64,000 nucleotides of DNA from contig OY970194.1 in NCBI GenBank assembly GCA_963708075.1, positions 1,600,001 to 1,664,000 on the forward strand, in the 5' to 3' direction. The stretch's first letter is position 1. Every line of letters starts with the position of its first letter. Below the pieces are notes generated by a model, which saw only the letters and a program-made list of their open reading frames with translations, searched no databases and was not told where the DNA came from. Both the position numbers and the translations under genes were made by a program. Below, piece by piece: positions 29,685 through 39,849 of this stretch. Source of the DNA: Sedimentisphaerales bacterium (GTDB lineage: Bacteria; Planctomycetota; Phycisphaerae; Sedimentisphaerales; Anaerobacaceae).

Positions 29685-30551
29685 ATGACTATGGATTGGA
29701 CATCGAATGGTATGATCGCCTTGTACATCGCGCTCGCTGTGGTCCTGGCCGGCATCGGGGCGTGGTTCATTCTACGCAGGACTCTCCGCACGCGCATCGA
29801 CAGCCAGAGCCTTCTGCGTGCGGACCCGGACCTCAATGACTGGCTCGTGATCTTCGGCTGGACACCAAAGATCCTCTACGTCCCCACGATGCTCGCCGCC
29901 ATACTCGCCTCGGCCCTGATGTTCATGAAGGAGTCCGACTGGCAAATCTTCGCGGGCATCAATCCCAAGACCGTCGGCGGCCTCTGGTTCGCCGTCTTCT
30001 TCCTCAACTTCCTGATGGAGGAATATGACATCAACATCCGGATCATCCTGATCGCGCTGGCCACTTTCGGCTTCCTTTTCCTGTGGCTGCACCTGCTCGG
30101 CTGGGTGCTCCCGTTCCTCGGCCTCTTCAAGAACCTCGCCTTCTCCATCAGCGCTACCGGCTACCTGCTCATCACGATCATCGGGCTGCTCACGATTCTT
30201 GTCTCCTGGCTTCACGGGCTCTTTCACTACGTTGCGATCACCCCGAACTGCCTCGATGCCCACTGGGGCCCCACGGAGGCCGGCGAGCAGATCGGACGCG
30301 AGGACTACAACACGAAAGTGGATACGGGCGACTTCCTTGAACGGCTTCTCGGGTTTGGACGGATCATCATCACGTTCAAGGACAACACTCGCCCGCCGCT
30401 GACCCTGCTGGTCTGGCGCGTCGAGAAGAAGGCGGAGATGCTGGAGCGCGTCCGCGCGAAGTTCGTGATGGATCGGCCGCTGTCCTTCCAGGAGCCGCCA
30501 CCACCGCCCATCCAGCCGATCGGTCCGGCTTCCGATGCCCCGGTGACGTAA
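29685..30551 (+). CDS. Hypothetical multi-pass membrane protein with a possible bacterial PH-like C-terminal domain
   Basis: Several TM segments; DFLERLLGFGRIII resembles the bPH motif; GGGAGG RBS. Confidence 0.7.
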   Translation: MTMDWTSNGMIALYIALAVVLAGIGAWFILRRTLRTRIDSQSLLRADPDLNDWLVIFGWTPKILYVPTMLAAILASALMFMKESDWQIFAGINPKTVGGLWFAVFFLNFLMEEYDINIRIILIALATFGFLFLWLHLLGWVLPFLGLFKNLAFSISATGYLLITIIGLLTILVSWLHGLFHYVAITPNCLDAHWGPTEAGEQIGREDYNTKVDTGDFLERLLGFGRIIITFKDNTRPPLTLLVWRVEKKAEMLERVRAKFVMDRPLSFQEPPPPPIQPIGPASDAPVT

Positions 30552-30589
30552 CTGATGATGAACATGTAAATCGGCGAGGGAAAGATACT

Positions 30590-32329
30590 ATGGAACGACG
30601 GACATTCCTTCGAGCTCTCGGCGCCGGCACGGCTACGCTGGTTTCCGCCCCCTTCTATCGAGTTTCTCATGGCAGCGAGGGCCTCTCCGGCAGGCCGCCG
30701 CAGCAGGCGGGATTGCTCGCCGGCAGAAACCAGAACCGCTCGACGGTCGTCTCGCGCAGCGGTATGGTCTGCACGAGCCAGGCCCTGGCGAGCATGGCGG
30801 GCGTCGATGTCCTCCAGGCCGGCGGCAGCGCCGTCGATGCGGCTATTGCAGCCGATGCGATGCTCGGCCTTGTCGAGCCCATGTCCTGCGGGATCGGCGG
30901 CGACCTGTTCGCCATCGTGTGGAGCGAGAAGGACCGCAAGCTCTTCGGCCTCAATGCCAGCGGCCGCTCCCCCTATGAGTGGAATCTGCAACAGGCGCGC
31001 GACCTGGGCCTCAAGGAGATCCCGACCTATCACCCGCTCTCGTGGAGCATGCCGGGCTGCGTCAGCGGCTGGGCCGCCCTGCACGAGCGATTCGGAAAGC
31101 TGGGCTTTTCCAAACTCCTCGAGCCGGCAATCCAGCACGCACGAGAGGGCTTCCCTGTCTCGCCGATCATCGCGCATTCGTGGTCGTTCGGCTCGCTCGA
31201 CACGCCGGGACTGCGCAGCACCTATCTGCCTGACGGCAAACCCGTCTACTACGGGGCGATCTTCCGTAACCCCGCTCTTGCGAGTGTGTACGAACAGCTC
31301 TCTCGCGAAGGACCCACGACGTTCTATCAGGGCGAGCCCGCGGACCGGATCGTGAAATTCTCGCAGGCCCAGGGCGGGCGATTCTCCGCTCGCGATTTCC
31401 GCGATCATAAGGCCGACTGGGTCGAGCCGGTCAGCACGAACTACCGGGGCTACGACGTCTGGGAGCTTCCGCCGAATGGCCAGGGCATCGCAGCCTTACA
31501 GATGCTCAACCTGCTCGAACACTTCGACATCGGCTCGCTGCAGCCGAATTCCGCCGAGCATCTGCACCTGTTCATCGAGGCCAAGAAGCTCGCCTTCGAG
31601 GATCGTGCCGTCTATTACGCGGACATGGATTTCGCCAAGGTGCCGCTGCAGCAGTTGATCTCGAAGGACTACGCCGCGGAGCGAGTCAAGCTGATTGACC
31701 CCAAGCGAGCCGCACAGCAGGTGCAGTGCGGCCGGCTCAAGGGTTCCTCCGACACGATCTACCTGACGGCCGCCGACAAGGACGGCAACATGGTCTCGCT
31801 GATCCAGAGCATCTATCATGGCTGGGGTTCCGGCTATGTCCCGGATGGCCTCGGTTTCTGCCTGCAGAATCGCGGCCAGCTCTTCGCGCTCGACCCGAGC
31901 CACCTCAATTGCCTCGAGCCGCACAAACGCCCCTTCCACACGATCATTCCCGCGTTCGTCACGAAAGCCGGCCGGCCCGTCTTCTCGTTCGGCGTCATGG
32001 GCGGCAGTTTCCAGCCCCAAGGACACGTGCAGGTCCTGATGAACCTCCTCGACTTCGGCATGTCCCCACAGCAGGCCGGCGAGCAGCCGCGAATCGAGCA
32101 CGCCGAAAGCTCCGAGCCCACCGGCACAAAAATGATCGGCTGCGGCACCGTCGGTTTCGAGCGAGGCATCAGTGACGACGCGAAGTTGAAACTCGCCTAC
32201 ATGGGCCACAAGGTCCGCCCGAACTTAGGCGCCTTCGGCGGCTACCAGGGCATCTGGCGCCAGGATGACCCACTACGTTACTTCGGCGGCTCCGACCCCC
32301 GCAAAGACGGCTGCGCCGTCGGTTATTAG
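30590..32329 (+). CDS. ggt: Gamma-glutamyltransferase, Tat-exported
   Basis: ERRTFL Tat motif, GIGGDLF, PPNGQG, SDTIYL catalytic Thr, KRPFHTIIP, GVMGG, SDPRKDG. Confidence 0.93.
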   Translation: MERRTFLRALGAGTATLVSAPFYRVSHGSEGLSGRPPQQAGLLAGRNQNRSTVVSRSGMVCTSQALASMAGVDVLQAGGSAVDAAIAADAMLGLVEPMSCGIGGDLFAIVWSEKDRKLFGLNASGRSPYEWNLQQARDLGLKEIPTYHPLSWSMPGCVSGWAALHERFGKLGFSKLLEPAIQHAREGFPVSPIIAHSWSFGSLDTPGLRSTYLPDGKPVYYGAIFRNPALASVYEQLSREGPTTFYQGEPADRIVKFSQAQGGRFSARDFRDHKADWVEPVSTNYRGYDVWELPPNGQGIAALQMLNLLEHFDIGSLQPNSAEHLHLFIEAKKLAFEDRAVYYADMDFAKVPLQQLISKDYAAERVKLIDPKRAAQQVQCGRLKGSSDTIYLTAADKDGNMVSLIQSIYHGWGSGYVPDGLGFCLQNRGQLFALDPSHLNCLEPHKRPFHTIIPAFVTKAGRPVFSFGVMGGSFQPQGHVQVLMNLLDFGMSPQQAGEQPRIEHAESSEPTGTKMIGCGTVGFERGISDDAKLKLAYMGHKVRPNLGAFGGYQGIWRQDDPLRYFGGSDPRKDGCAVGY

Positions 32330-32381
32330 CCACATGTGGAATACGCAGGTTGGACCGCCTCATTTTTGGGAGTACATAGCA

Positions 32382-33329
32382 ATGCACATTCGAAATCTCC
32401 TGGTCACAGCATCATTCGTTCTTCTCGGGACTTCTGTCGTTGCCGTTTCGGCCCAGGCGACTGTCGGCACGATCGAGGCAAAGCTGCAGGAAAACCAGAT
32501 CGTCGTCACGGTAGGCGGGCAACTGTTCACCTGCTACAAGTTCGACCCATCCCAGAAGTATCCCTACTTCTGGCCGGTCAACGGCCCGGCCTCGGGCAAG
32601 TCCGTTACGACCGAGACATCGGAGCCCTACCCGCACCATCACTCGCTCTTCTTCGGCTGCGATCGGGTCAATGGCGGCAATTACTGGCAGGAGAGCAACG
32701 AACGCGGTCAGATCATCTCCCAGGGACCGAAGATCGTTGAATCCTCGGGCAGCAAGGTCGTCTTCACCGACGAAACTCGCTGGAAGCAACCCGGCAAAGA
32801 CCCCATCATTCGCGACCGCCGGCAGGTCGTCATCACCGCTCCCAGCGCTGGCCTGCGCCTCATCGACTTCACGATCAGCATGGAACCGCTGGTGGACATC
32901 CGGATTCTCAAGACGAACCACTCGCTGTTCTCCGCTCGCGTTGTGCTCGAACTGGGCGTCGCCAAAGGCGGGACGCTGGTCAATGCGGAAGGCCAGACCG
33001 GGGAAAAGGGAACGTTTGGCGTCGCTTCGCCATGGTGCGACTACTACGGCACACGGGCCGGCGTCACCGAGGGCCTCGCCATCCTCCAGCATCCGGGCAA
33101 TCGCTGGTATCCCGCCAAGTGGTTCACGCGTGACTATGGCTTCTTCTCCCCGACCCCGATGTACTGGCTCGAAGGCGATCAACTGGATCTCCCCAAGGGC
33201 CGGAAGCTGACCCTCAGTTACCGCGTCGTCGTCCACAGCGGCGACACGCAGAAAGCCGGCATCGCCGCCATCTTCGATGCCTACAAACGCGCAGAAGGAC
33301 AGCCGCCGACTGCACCGAACGCCAAGTAG
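32382..33329 (+). CDS. Secreted DUF6807 ('PmoA-family') beta-sandwich protein
   Basis: Signal peptide; YPYFWPV, PHHHSLFF, WCDYYG, HPGN, WFTRDYG; paralogous to the C-terminal half of 42244-44064. Confidence 0.8.
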   Translation: MHIRNLLVTASFVLLGTSVVAVSAQATVGTIEAKLQENQIVVTVGGQLFTCYKFDPSQKYPYFWPVNGPASGKSVTTETSEPYPHHHSLFFGCDRVNGGNYWQESNERGQIISQGPKIVESSGSKVVFTDETRWKQPGKDPIIRDRRQVVITAPSAGLRLIDFTISMEPLVDIRILKTNHSLFSARVVLELGVAKGGTLVNAEGQTGEKGTFGVASPWCDYYGTRAGVTEGLAILQHPGNRWYPAKWFTRDYGFFSPTPMYWLEGDQLDLPKGRKLTLSYRVVVHSGDTQKAGIAAIFDAYKRAEGQPPTAPNAK

Positions 33330-33500
33330 GGTGGAGCTTGCCCCACCGATTCCCTTTCGTTGTTGCCACAGACGTCACCGAGAACGTACAGAGAGAAAGA
33401 CCAAGAGCAAGTCTTACCCGAGGCTCAGTATGTCATTCCCGCGAAGGCGGGAATCCATGCCTGTCTCATCCGCAGATTTCGCCGATTTGCGCCGATCCTG
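33326..33500. repeat. Cluster of palindromic repeat remnants
   Basis: GTAGGGTGGAGCTTGCCCCACC (33326-33347, supplies the upstream TAG; one mismatch to 63945-63966), ccacagacgtcaccgagaacgtacagag, GTCATTCCCGCGAAGGCGGGAATCCA (33432-33457), ccgcagatttcgccgatttgcgccgat. Confidence 0.75.
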
Positions 33501-33761
33501 ACAGGCAATCCACGCTTGACAACTGCGATCTGACGGCGGGCACCTGCAACGCTCGCTTTGGCCAATGATACTCTTTCCATTTTCTCAGCATGGCTCTACA
33601 ATATGGCCGCAAATACATGATGAAGGGTCCTGGGAGATGGAGATGAACCCTCGGTTCAGTGGGTCGAAGTGGTGGCAGACGATGGGTAATCTGACGCTCG
33701 TATTCTTTTGAAGCGTCATATCGATGACCCCCAGTGTACCTCTTGATCAGAGAGGAACTGA

Positions 33762-34745
33762 ATGAAGGCATCAGAAGCTTACAAGCGGCTATATCACTAC
33801 ACCGATTCGGGCGGGTTGCTGGGAATCCTACGGACAAACACTTTGTGGGCAACTCGCTACGATTGTCTCCGTGATTCCTCAGAAATAGTCTTCGCCAAAG
33901 ACGAATTGATCCTCCGAATTCGTCGGCGTGTGCGTGAGGAATATGAAAAGCTGATTCGACAATCAGCAGACCTTGAGCAGAAAATCAACCAACAAGGAGG
34001 GTTGGACCAGATTAGTCAGCATGATGCGGACGTTTTTGTCAAGGCGCATTATAAGGCAACTGGAGACGAGATATACATCCTTTCATTCTGTGAACACCAC
34101 AATGACTCCTATGTCAGCGACCACGGGCTGCTGAGCCAATGGCGAGCTTATGGAGTTGGGGGTGGTTTCGCCCTAGTATTCGATACCCACAGATTGGAGG
34201 AGATGTTGCACGCAGAGGCAGAGAGATTCGCACACGGGCCAATGCATCTCTCTGATGTTGTGTATAGCCACGATGAGGAGAAGTTGGAACGGGAGCTATC
34301 CGGAGATCTATCCGTTATCGCCAATAGCGTGGCAAATTTCTTCCGCGTTGTCACCAGTGAACGGGAGAAGGAAGAACGCGAGACATGTTTTCTCGACAGC
34401 TACGAGCCTTTCTTCAATTGTATCACACGTCTTAAGCATCGGGGCTTCTATGAGGAGAACGAGATTAGACTGACTGTTTTGCGAACTGTCCGGGATCAGG
34501 AATTGTCAAGGCGAGCCGGGAGGGAAGACGTCACGCTAGCGCCCGAAAAAAAGGTGAAGGTTCGTGATAGAAATGGCCAGCTTGTGCCTTATATTGAGCT
34601 TTTCGATTCAGCTAACATGAAGCTCCCGATTGAGAGAATCATCGTTGGACCTCACAAAGACAAAGAGGCTCGCGCAAGTGCGTTACGCCAAATGCTGAGC
34701 AATACCGGGATTGAAATAACGTGTTCTGATATCCCTTACATTTGA
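33762..34745 (+). CDS. DUF2971-domain protein, lower GC than its neighbours
   Basis: LYHYTDSGGLLGIL...LWAT, D.SEI, ILSFC, LLSQWRAYG, KHRGFYEENEIR, IIVGP. Confidence 0.8.
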   Translation: MKASEAYKRLYHYTDSGGLLGILRTNTLWATRYDCLRDSSEIVFAKDELILRIRRRVREEYEKLIRQSADLEQKINQQGGLDQISQHDADVFVKAHYKATGDEIYILSFCEHHNDSYVSDHGLLSQWRAYGVGGGFALVFDTHRLEEMLHAEAERFAHGPMHLSDVVYSHDEEKLERELSGDLSVIANSVANFFRVVTSEREKEERETCFLDSYEPFFNCITRLKHRGFYEENEIRLTVLRTVRDQELSRRAGREDVTLAPEKKVKVRDRNGQLVPYIELFDSANMKLPIERIIVGPHKDKEARASALRQMLSNTGIEITCSDIPYI

Positions 34746-34764
34746 GGGGATTTGAGCGAGGCAA

Positions 34765-34830
34765 CAGCGATTTCGCATTGCGTCATTGGATACTCGAATC
34801 TGTCCCGGCTTTCGACATTCATATTTCGGC
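34765..34830. repeat. Degenerate half of a heptamer-type element overlapping the murG stop
   Basis: gcgatttcgcattgcgtcattggatactcgaatctgtcccggctttcgacattcatatttcgg resembles the right arm of 60338-60491. Confidence 0.45.
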
Positions 34831-35964
34831 CTTGGCCCTGCTCAGTTCCAGCAGGCGGGCGGCGATGGCTTCGGCGGCGTTGGGCTTGGCGACGAGCTTG
34901 CAGGCCTCGGACATTTCCTGACGCGTCAGATCGTCTTTCATCAGGGTCTGCAACTCCTCGGCGAGCCATTCGGTGCGGTCCTGCACGTTGGAGACGTCGT
35001 CCACGACGATGGCGGCGCCGACCTCGACGAGCTTGCCGGCGTTGCGGTACTGGTGCATGTCTTTGTGGTGCGGATAGGGCATGCAGATGCTCGGGACGCC
35101 GGCAGCCGCGTACTCGGCGACGCTGACCGCCCCGCTGCGGCCGACTACCAGGTCCGCCGCGGCCAACAGGTCCGGCATCCCCTCGTAGTAGGCCACCACT
35201 TTGTGGGCAATCCGGGCCTCCTTGTATCCATTCAGGACCGTCTCATAGTTGTCGAGCCCCGTCAGATGCACGATTTGCCAGGAGTCAGCGAACTGAGCCA
35301 ACTGACCGAGCAGGCCGCAGACCGCCTCGTTGATACGGGCCGAGCCGCTGGAGGCGCCGGTGATGAGCAGGACCTTTTTGGCAGGGTCCAGGCCCAAGTC
35401 CTGGATCGCCGCCTCCGGGTGCGGATGCGCAAAGCCGCTGCGCAGGGGACAGCCGACCACGTTGATCCTCGCCCGGCTTCGCTGGAAGTACTTGCCGCTC
35501 TCCTCAAACTGCACGAAGATTTCATCCGCCCAGCGTGCGGCGAGCTTGTTGGCCCGCCCGGGTATAAGGTCAACGTTCAACAGTGTCACGGGAACGCCCA
35601 ACTTTCGCCCCGCCAGGCACACCGGCGCCGCGACGAAGCCGCCGGCTCCGACCACGACCGCATGGGCGGGTTTCAAACCCGCCCCTACATCGGCGATCAG
35701 CTTTTTGGCCCGAGTGTAACTTCGCCGAAACGTCCACAGGAATCGCAGGAACTTCAAGGGGTGCGAGGCCAGCCCGACCGCCGGCAGCGGCGTGCGTGCG
35801 AACGGCGTCTTGCCCAGGATATGCTCATCGACCGCCCGCGTGCTGTGGAAGAAGTGAATGCCGGCATCCGGCTGCTGCTTGAGGATTTGCTCAGCGACGG
35901 CCAAGGCCGGGTAAATGTGCCCGCCTGTCCCGCCACCCGCGAAGAAAAACGACACCTTGCTCAC
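34819..35964 (-). CDS. murG: Lipid II GlcNAc transferase MurG
   Basis: AGGGTGGHIYPALA, GAGGFVAAP, PGRANK, GCPLR, GASSG, GRSGA..VAE, HQYRNA. Confidence 0.93.
   Translation of the reverse strand: MSKVSFFFAGGGTGGHIYPALAVAEQILKQQPDAGIHFFHSTRAVDEHILGKTPFARTPLPAVGLASHPLKFLRFLWTFRRSYTRAKKLIADVGAGLKPAHAVVVGAGGFVAAPVCLAGRKLGVPVTLLNVDLIPGRANKLAARWADEIFVQFEESGKYFQRSRARINVVGCPLRSGFAHPHPEAAIQDLGLDPAKKVLLITGASSGSARINEAVCGLLGQLAQFADSWQIVHLTGLDNYETVLNGYKEARIAHKVVAYYEGMPDLLAAADLVVGRSGAVSVAEYAAAGVPSICMPYPHHKDMHQYRNAGKLVEVGAAIVVDDVSNVQDRTEWLAEELQTLMKDDLTRQEMSEACKLVAKPNAAEAIAARLLELSRAKAEI
35664..35688 (-). repeat. GTAG-type REP in-frame inside murG
   Basis: GTAGGGGCGGGTTTGAAACCCGCCC encodes VGAGLKPA. Confidence 0.85.
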
Positions 35965-36154
35965 ACTTGCCCCTTGCCTAACTACCTCGGCCACACCCTT
36001 ACTCAGCGACAGCCCCACTTCGAGCCTATCGCAGAAACCTCGTTCCTATCCTACTCGCTGCCGGGCCGATTTGTACACTGTTTTGTCCGCTCCGTGAGGG
36101 CCGTATCCCAAAGAGTGCAGGGCGATGAAGATGGGTTGCTTTTCACACGCTTTC

Positions 36155-39100
36155 TTACGGTATGATGGTACTTGCGGCCGCTGATCCTGCCTTGTGGCGC
36201 CACTGGCTGCCGAGCAGGGCCAGGTCCGGCCCGCCGACAGCGCCGTCGCGTGAGAGGTCGCCGGGGCTGCTCTCGCCGACGGTCGCCCAATCCGTAGCCA
36301 AGTGCGTCAAATCGAGCCAGTCCACGCGGTTATCATTGGTGATGTCGGCCAACAGCATCCATTGCGGCGGGGCTATGCCCGCCTCAACCGTGCCGCCATA
36401 GGCGCCCATGTCGATCCGGGGGTTCGCCGCCGTCAGGTTGTTCGGATCGCCCGGAATCGCGCTCGGCTCATCGCCCAAAGCCCGGCCGGGATTGCCTGCG
36501 TCGATGCACGGGCTGGTCTCGCTGTCCTGTATCCATCTCGCCAAGCTTTCATCCCATCGCCGGCCCTGGGTGCGGAGGTGATAATCCCCATTGGACATAT
36601 CCACAAACCGGGGATCGGAGCCGATATTGCCGATGCCGCCGAGGGTGCCCGTGAGGCCTTCCACGCAGCAATAATCCATTGCGATTTCGCCGCCGTTCCT
36701 CGCGGCCTGTGCAAGCTCCGAGCCGAGCCCATTGGCTGTGTCTACATTCGCCCACAGGATGCAGTTCTCCATGCGGAGCACGCCGTCCCCACCGCTGAGG
36801 ACTCCTCCATATTTCTGCCCGGCCTGGTTACCGCTGATCGTGCAGTTCATCACTCTCGCAACCGATTTCTCGATCAACATCGCGCCGCCGGTACGCTCAG
36901 CGCGGTTGCCGCTGAAGACGCAGTTCGACAACGTTACGTCGCTGTTCTCCGAGATGGACATGGCGCCGATGGTCTTCGCCGAGTTGCCTGAGAAGAGGCA
37001 GTGTGAAAACGTTGAGTGACTGCCGCGGCTGTCCACGGCACCGCCCTGCTCGCCGGAATTGCCGGTGAATACGCAGCGAATCACGCGGGCGCCGCTGCCG
37101 GTGAAATTCGCCATCGCCCCTCCGGTCAAGCTTGCGGAGTTTCCGATGAAGGTGCAATCTTCAACGGTAGGGCTGCTCTTCTGCCCATTGGCCATGCCGC
37201 CGCCACTGCCGACGACACGCTTTACGGAGCACGTGTTGTCCTCGAACGTGCAGCCGGCAACGGTTGGATGGCTGCCGTAGGAGTTGCACAGTCCGCCGCC
37301 ATATTCGTCGGCGGAATTCTTGCGGAAGATACAATTGCGGATTGTCGGGCTGCTGGCGATGCACTGAATGCCCCCGCCGTAGTCCGCATTGCCGCCGTTG
37401 CTGATCGTGAAGCCCTCCAGGACGGCGTCTTTGCCCTCCCCGCCTTGGAACGCGAAGGCCCGGCCCTCGCCCCGGCAATCGATGATACACGATTGCGGGC
37501 CATTCTCGCTGCGCACAGTGATCGCTTTGCCACCAAAGTCGATCTCGATGTTGCCCTCGCCTGAGTACGTGCCATCGGCGACCCAGACCGTGTCGCCGTT
37601 CCAGGCGTCGTCAATGGCGGCCTGAATCGTCGGGTACACGCTCGGCACGCGGAACCCCGCGAAGTCGCCGCTGATCTCAAAGGAATAATATCGCCCCTCG
37701 TTGTCGGCTATTGCTTCGTTTCCTGCCCGGTCCGCCATCGCCACAAGAAAGTAGTACGCGGTCCCCGGCGTCGGCCCCAGGATCTTGATGGCGTGCCGGT
37801 CACTCAGTTCCGTATCCGTGGCGTTCAGGGAGAAGGGCCCGGCCAGTGTGTCGGCGTAGCGAATCTCGGCTCGTGTTGGCTCGCTCGTCACCAGCTCAAC
37901 TCGCACAGTCCCGCCACGGATCTGGACCGTCTGTTCCGTGAGCGAGGGAGCCTCGTAATCCATGTGGGCGGATGCCTCGATCCATTGGTTCGGCCTTTGG
38001 GAGCCGTCATCCGCGTTCAGATACCGCGCGACAACGCGTTCGCCATTCTCCGCCTGTACGCGTCCATCCCCAGTCTGGAGCCTGCCGCGTTCACTCGCCA
38101 CGGCGCCGCGGAACACGCCCCTGGCCTCCACAGTCTCAACGAGTGTCACCGTTTCTGTATCTCCCCCATCCGTAACGATCAGCACGGATTGTGTCCCGGA
38201 GCCGCCCAGATCCCCATCCGCCAGGAGTACGCCGATCTCGTCACCCTCTGCATATGCCGGCTGATCGAATCGCACGGCCCCCTGTGAGGGCACCGCCGCA
38301 CGCATTGCCCGGCCCACGTTCAGCCGGCTGTCGGATGCGCAGATACCCGCCGCAATCGCGTCGCCCGTGGACAGCACGATCTGCTCCACTTCCTCGATCG
38401 TGAGGAGCGGATTGGCGGCCAGCAGCAACGCACACGCCCCGGAGACATGCGGGGTGGCCATCGACGTGCCCGACACCGTTATTGTGTATGTATCATTGCC
38501 CGCCGGCGAGGAGATATGCGAGGCGCGAAGGGAGAGGATATCACGTCCCGGCGCCGCAATATCCACCCAGTCACCATAATTCGACAGGAAGTGCCGCTTA
38601 TCGTTCGATTCCGTTGCCGCCACCGCGATGACCTCGGGGTACGCCGCCGGGTAGAACGGTGTATCGGAACCCTCGTTGCCCGCGGCCGCGACAACGATCA
38701 CGCCCTGCCGCCGGGCGTACGCGATAGCGTCCTGGATCACCTGCGATTCATCCTCGCCGCCCCAACTCAGCGAGATCACATCGGCCCCATTGGCGACAGC
38801 GTAGTAGATCGCGGGGGCCGCATCGGCCGAGGTGCCGTCACCCGCGGCGTCGAGAATCTTCAAGGCTATGACGCGGGCGTTCCAACACACACCTGCGATA
38901 TCAAGCCCATTATTTCCGACCGCAGCGGCTATCCCGGCGACTTGCGTCCCGTGGCCATGGTCATCATTCGGGTCACTGTTGTTGTACGCGAAGTTGTACC
39001 CATGGACATCGTCGATATAGCCGTTATCGTCGTCGTCCACGCCGGGCACCCCATTCAGTTCCGCCTCGTTGCACCAGATGTTGGCCTGAAGGTCGCGGTG

Positions 39101-39655
39101 GGTATAGTCCACGCCTGTATCGATCACGGCGATGACCACGTCGTCGCTGCCCCGGCAGGTCTCCCAGGCCTCGGGGGCCGCGATTTTCTCCATGCCCCAC
39201 TGCCTGCAGTATTCCGGGTCATTCGGTTCCCTGCAGATAGAGATGGCATGGCTCAGTTCGGCATACTCTACGTCCGGGTCCCGCCGCAGGGCCTCCAGAA
39301 GATCGGCAATCGTGTCACGAGTTCCGGCATCCACCCGAACACGGTAGATACCACTCAGATCAGGCACGTCTCCGCTATCGCGGTTACGCCCCTGACGCAG
39401 TACAAGACGTCCCTGCTGCCGCGTCCGGAGCATCCGGGACCTTGTCCGCTGTCGTTCGGAACGTGTCACTAACGCTCTGGTCTCTCGCACATGGCCGTGC
39501 TTGTGAAGCGTTTGTAGACTCTTGGGCAGAAGAGACGTGCCGTCGTCCCCCCGCTTTTCTGTTGCCTGCGGACGCAGCTTGATGATGATTTCACATTGTG
39601 GGGCGCGACTTGTGTCTGGACCGCGGGCGACCACCGGCACGACAATTGCCGACAA
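36155..39655 (-). CDS. Secreted S8 subtilisin-like peptidase with parallel beta-helix repeats and a dockerin-like C-terminus
   Basis: VAVIDTG-type Asp (IAVIDTG), HGHGTQVAG, AAAGN, SGTSMATPHVSG; YPTIQAAID, GGG/N-rich beta-helix repeats; DITNDNRVD and DLSRDGAV. The true start is probably near 39719 with an indel in the signal-peptide region. Confidence 0.88.
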   Translation of the reverse strand: MSAIVVPVVARGPDTSRAPQCEIIIKLRPQATEKRGDDGTSLLPKSLQTLHKHGHVRETRALVTRSERQRTRSRMLRTRQQGRLVLRQGRNRDSGDVPDLSGIYRVRVDAGTRDTIADLLEALRRDPDVEYAELSHAISICREPNDPEYCRQWGMEKIAAPEAWETCRGSDDVVIAVIDTGVDYTHRDLQANIWCNEAELNGVPGVDDDDNGYIDDVHGYNFAYNNSDPNDDHGHGTQVAGIAAAVGNNGLDIAGVCWNARVIALKILDAAGDGTSADAAPAIYYAVANGADVISLSWGGEDESQVIQDAIAYARRQGVIVVAAAGNEGSDTPFYPAAYPEVIAVAATESNDKRHFLSNYGDWVDIAAPGRDILSLRASHISSPAGNDTYTITVSGTSMATPHVSGACALLLAANPLLTIEEVEQIVLSTGDAIAAGICASDSRLNVGRAMRAAVPSQGAVRFDQPAYAEGDEIGVLLADGDLGGSGTQSVLIVTDGGDTETVTLVETVEARGVFRGAVASERGRLQTGDGRVQAENGERVVARYLNADDGSQRPNQWIEASAHMDYEAPSLTEQTVQIRGGTVRVELVTSEPTRAEIRYADTLAGPFSLNATDTELSDRHAIKILGPTPGTAYYFLVAMADRAGNEAIADNEGRYYSFEISGDFAGFRVPSVYPTIQAAIDDAWNGDTVWVADGTYSGEGNIEIDFGGKAITVRSENGPQSCIIDCRGEGRAFAFQGGEGKDAVLEGFTISNGGNADYGGGIQCIASSPTIRNCIFRKNSADEYGGGLCNSYGSHPTVAGCTFEDNTCSVKRVVGSGGGMANGQKSSPTVEDCTFIGNSASLTGGAMANFTGSGARVIRCVFTGNSGEQGGAVDSRGSHSTFSHCLFSGNSAKTIGAMSISENSDVTLSNCVFSGNRAERTGGAMLIEKSVARVMNCTISGNQAGQKYGGVLSGGDGVLRMENCILWANVDTANGLGSELAQAARNGGEIAMDYCCVEGLTGTLGGIGNIGSDPRFVDMSNGDYHLRTQGRRWDESLARWIQDSETSPCIDAGNPGRALGDEPSAIPGDPNNLTAANPRIDMGAYGGTVEAGIAPPQWMLLADITNDNRVDWLDLTHLATDWATVGESSPGDLSRDGAVGGPDLALLGSQWRHKAGSAAASTIIP

Positions 39656-39849
39656 AACGAGCAGGACGGTCGTAGCAAGTCGTGATCTTATTGCAGCGCC
39701 CTTTCTCCGGCTGTTTCACGCCCCCATTCCCTCGCCCATCAGGTCACGGCACATCGAGCCGTCACCCAGCCAACAGTATACCCGAAAATGCCCGAAAACG
39801 CACGTGAAAAATGGGAAAAAGACGCCGTAGCGCCACGGCGATGCCTTTC

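Noticed and set aside
32382..33329. Methane monooxygenase, from the 'PmoA-family' label (also 43160-44064)
   Set aside because: These are soluble exported proteins without the TM helices of true PmoA, and there is no pmoB or pmoC.
33435..33454. Match to the Neisseria dRS3 pattern ATTCCC-N8-GGGAAT
   Set aside because: A single copy of a palindrome type found in many bacteria; recorded as a repeat remnant, not as evidence of Neisseria origin or phage integration.
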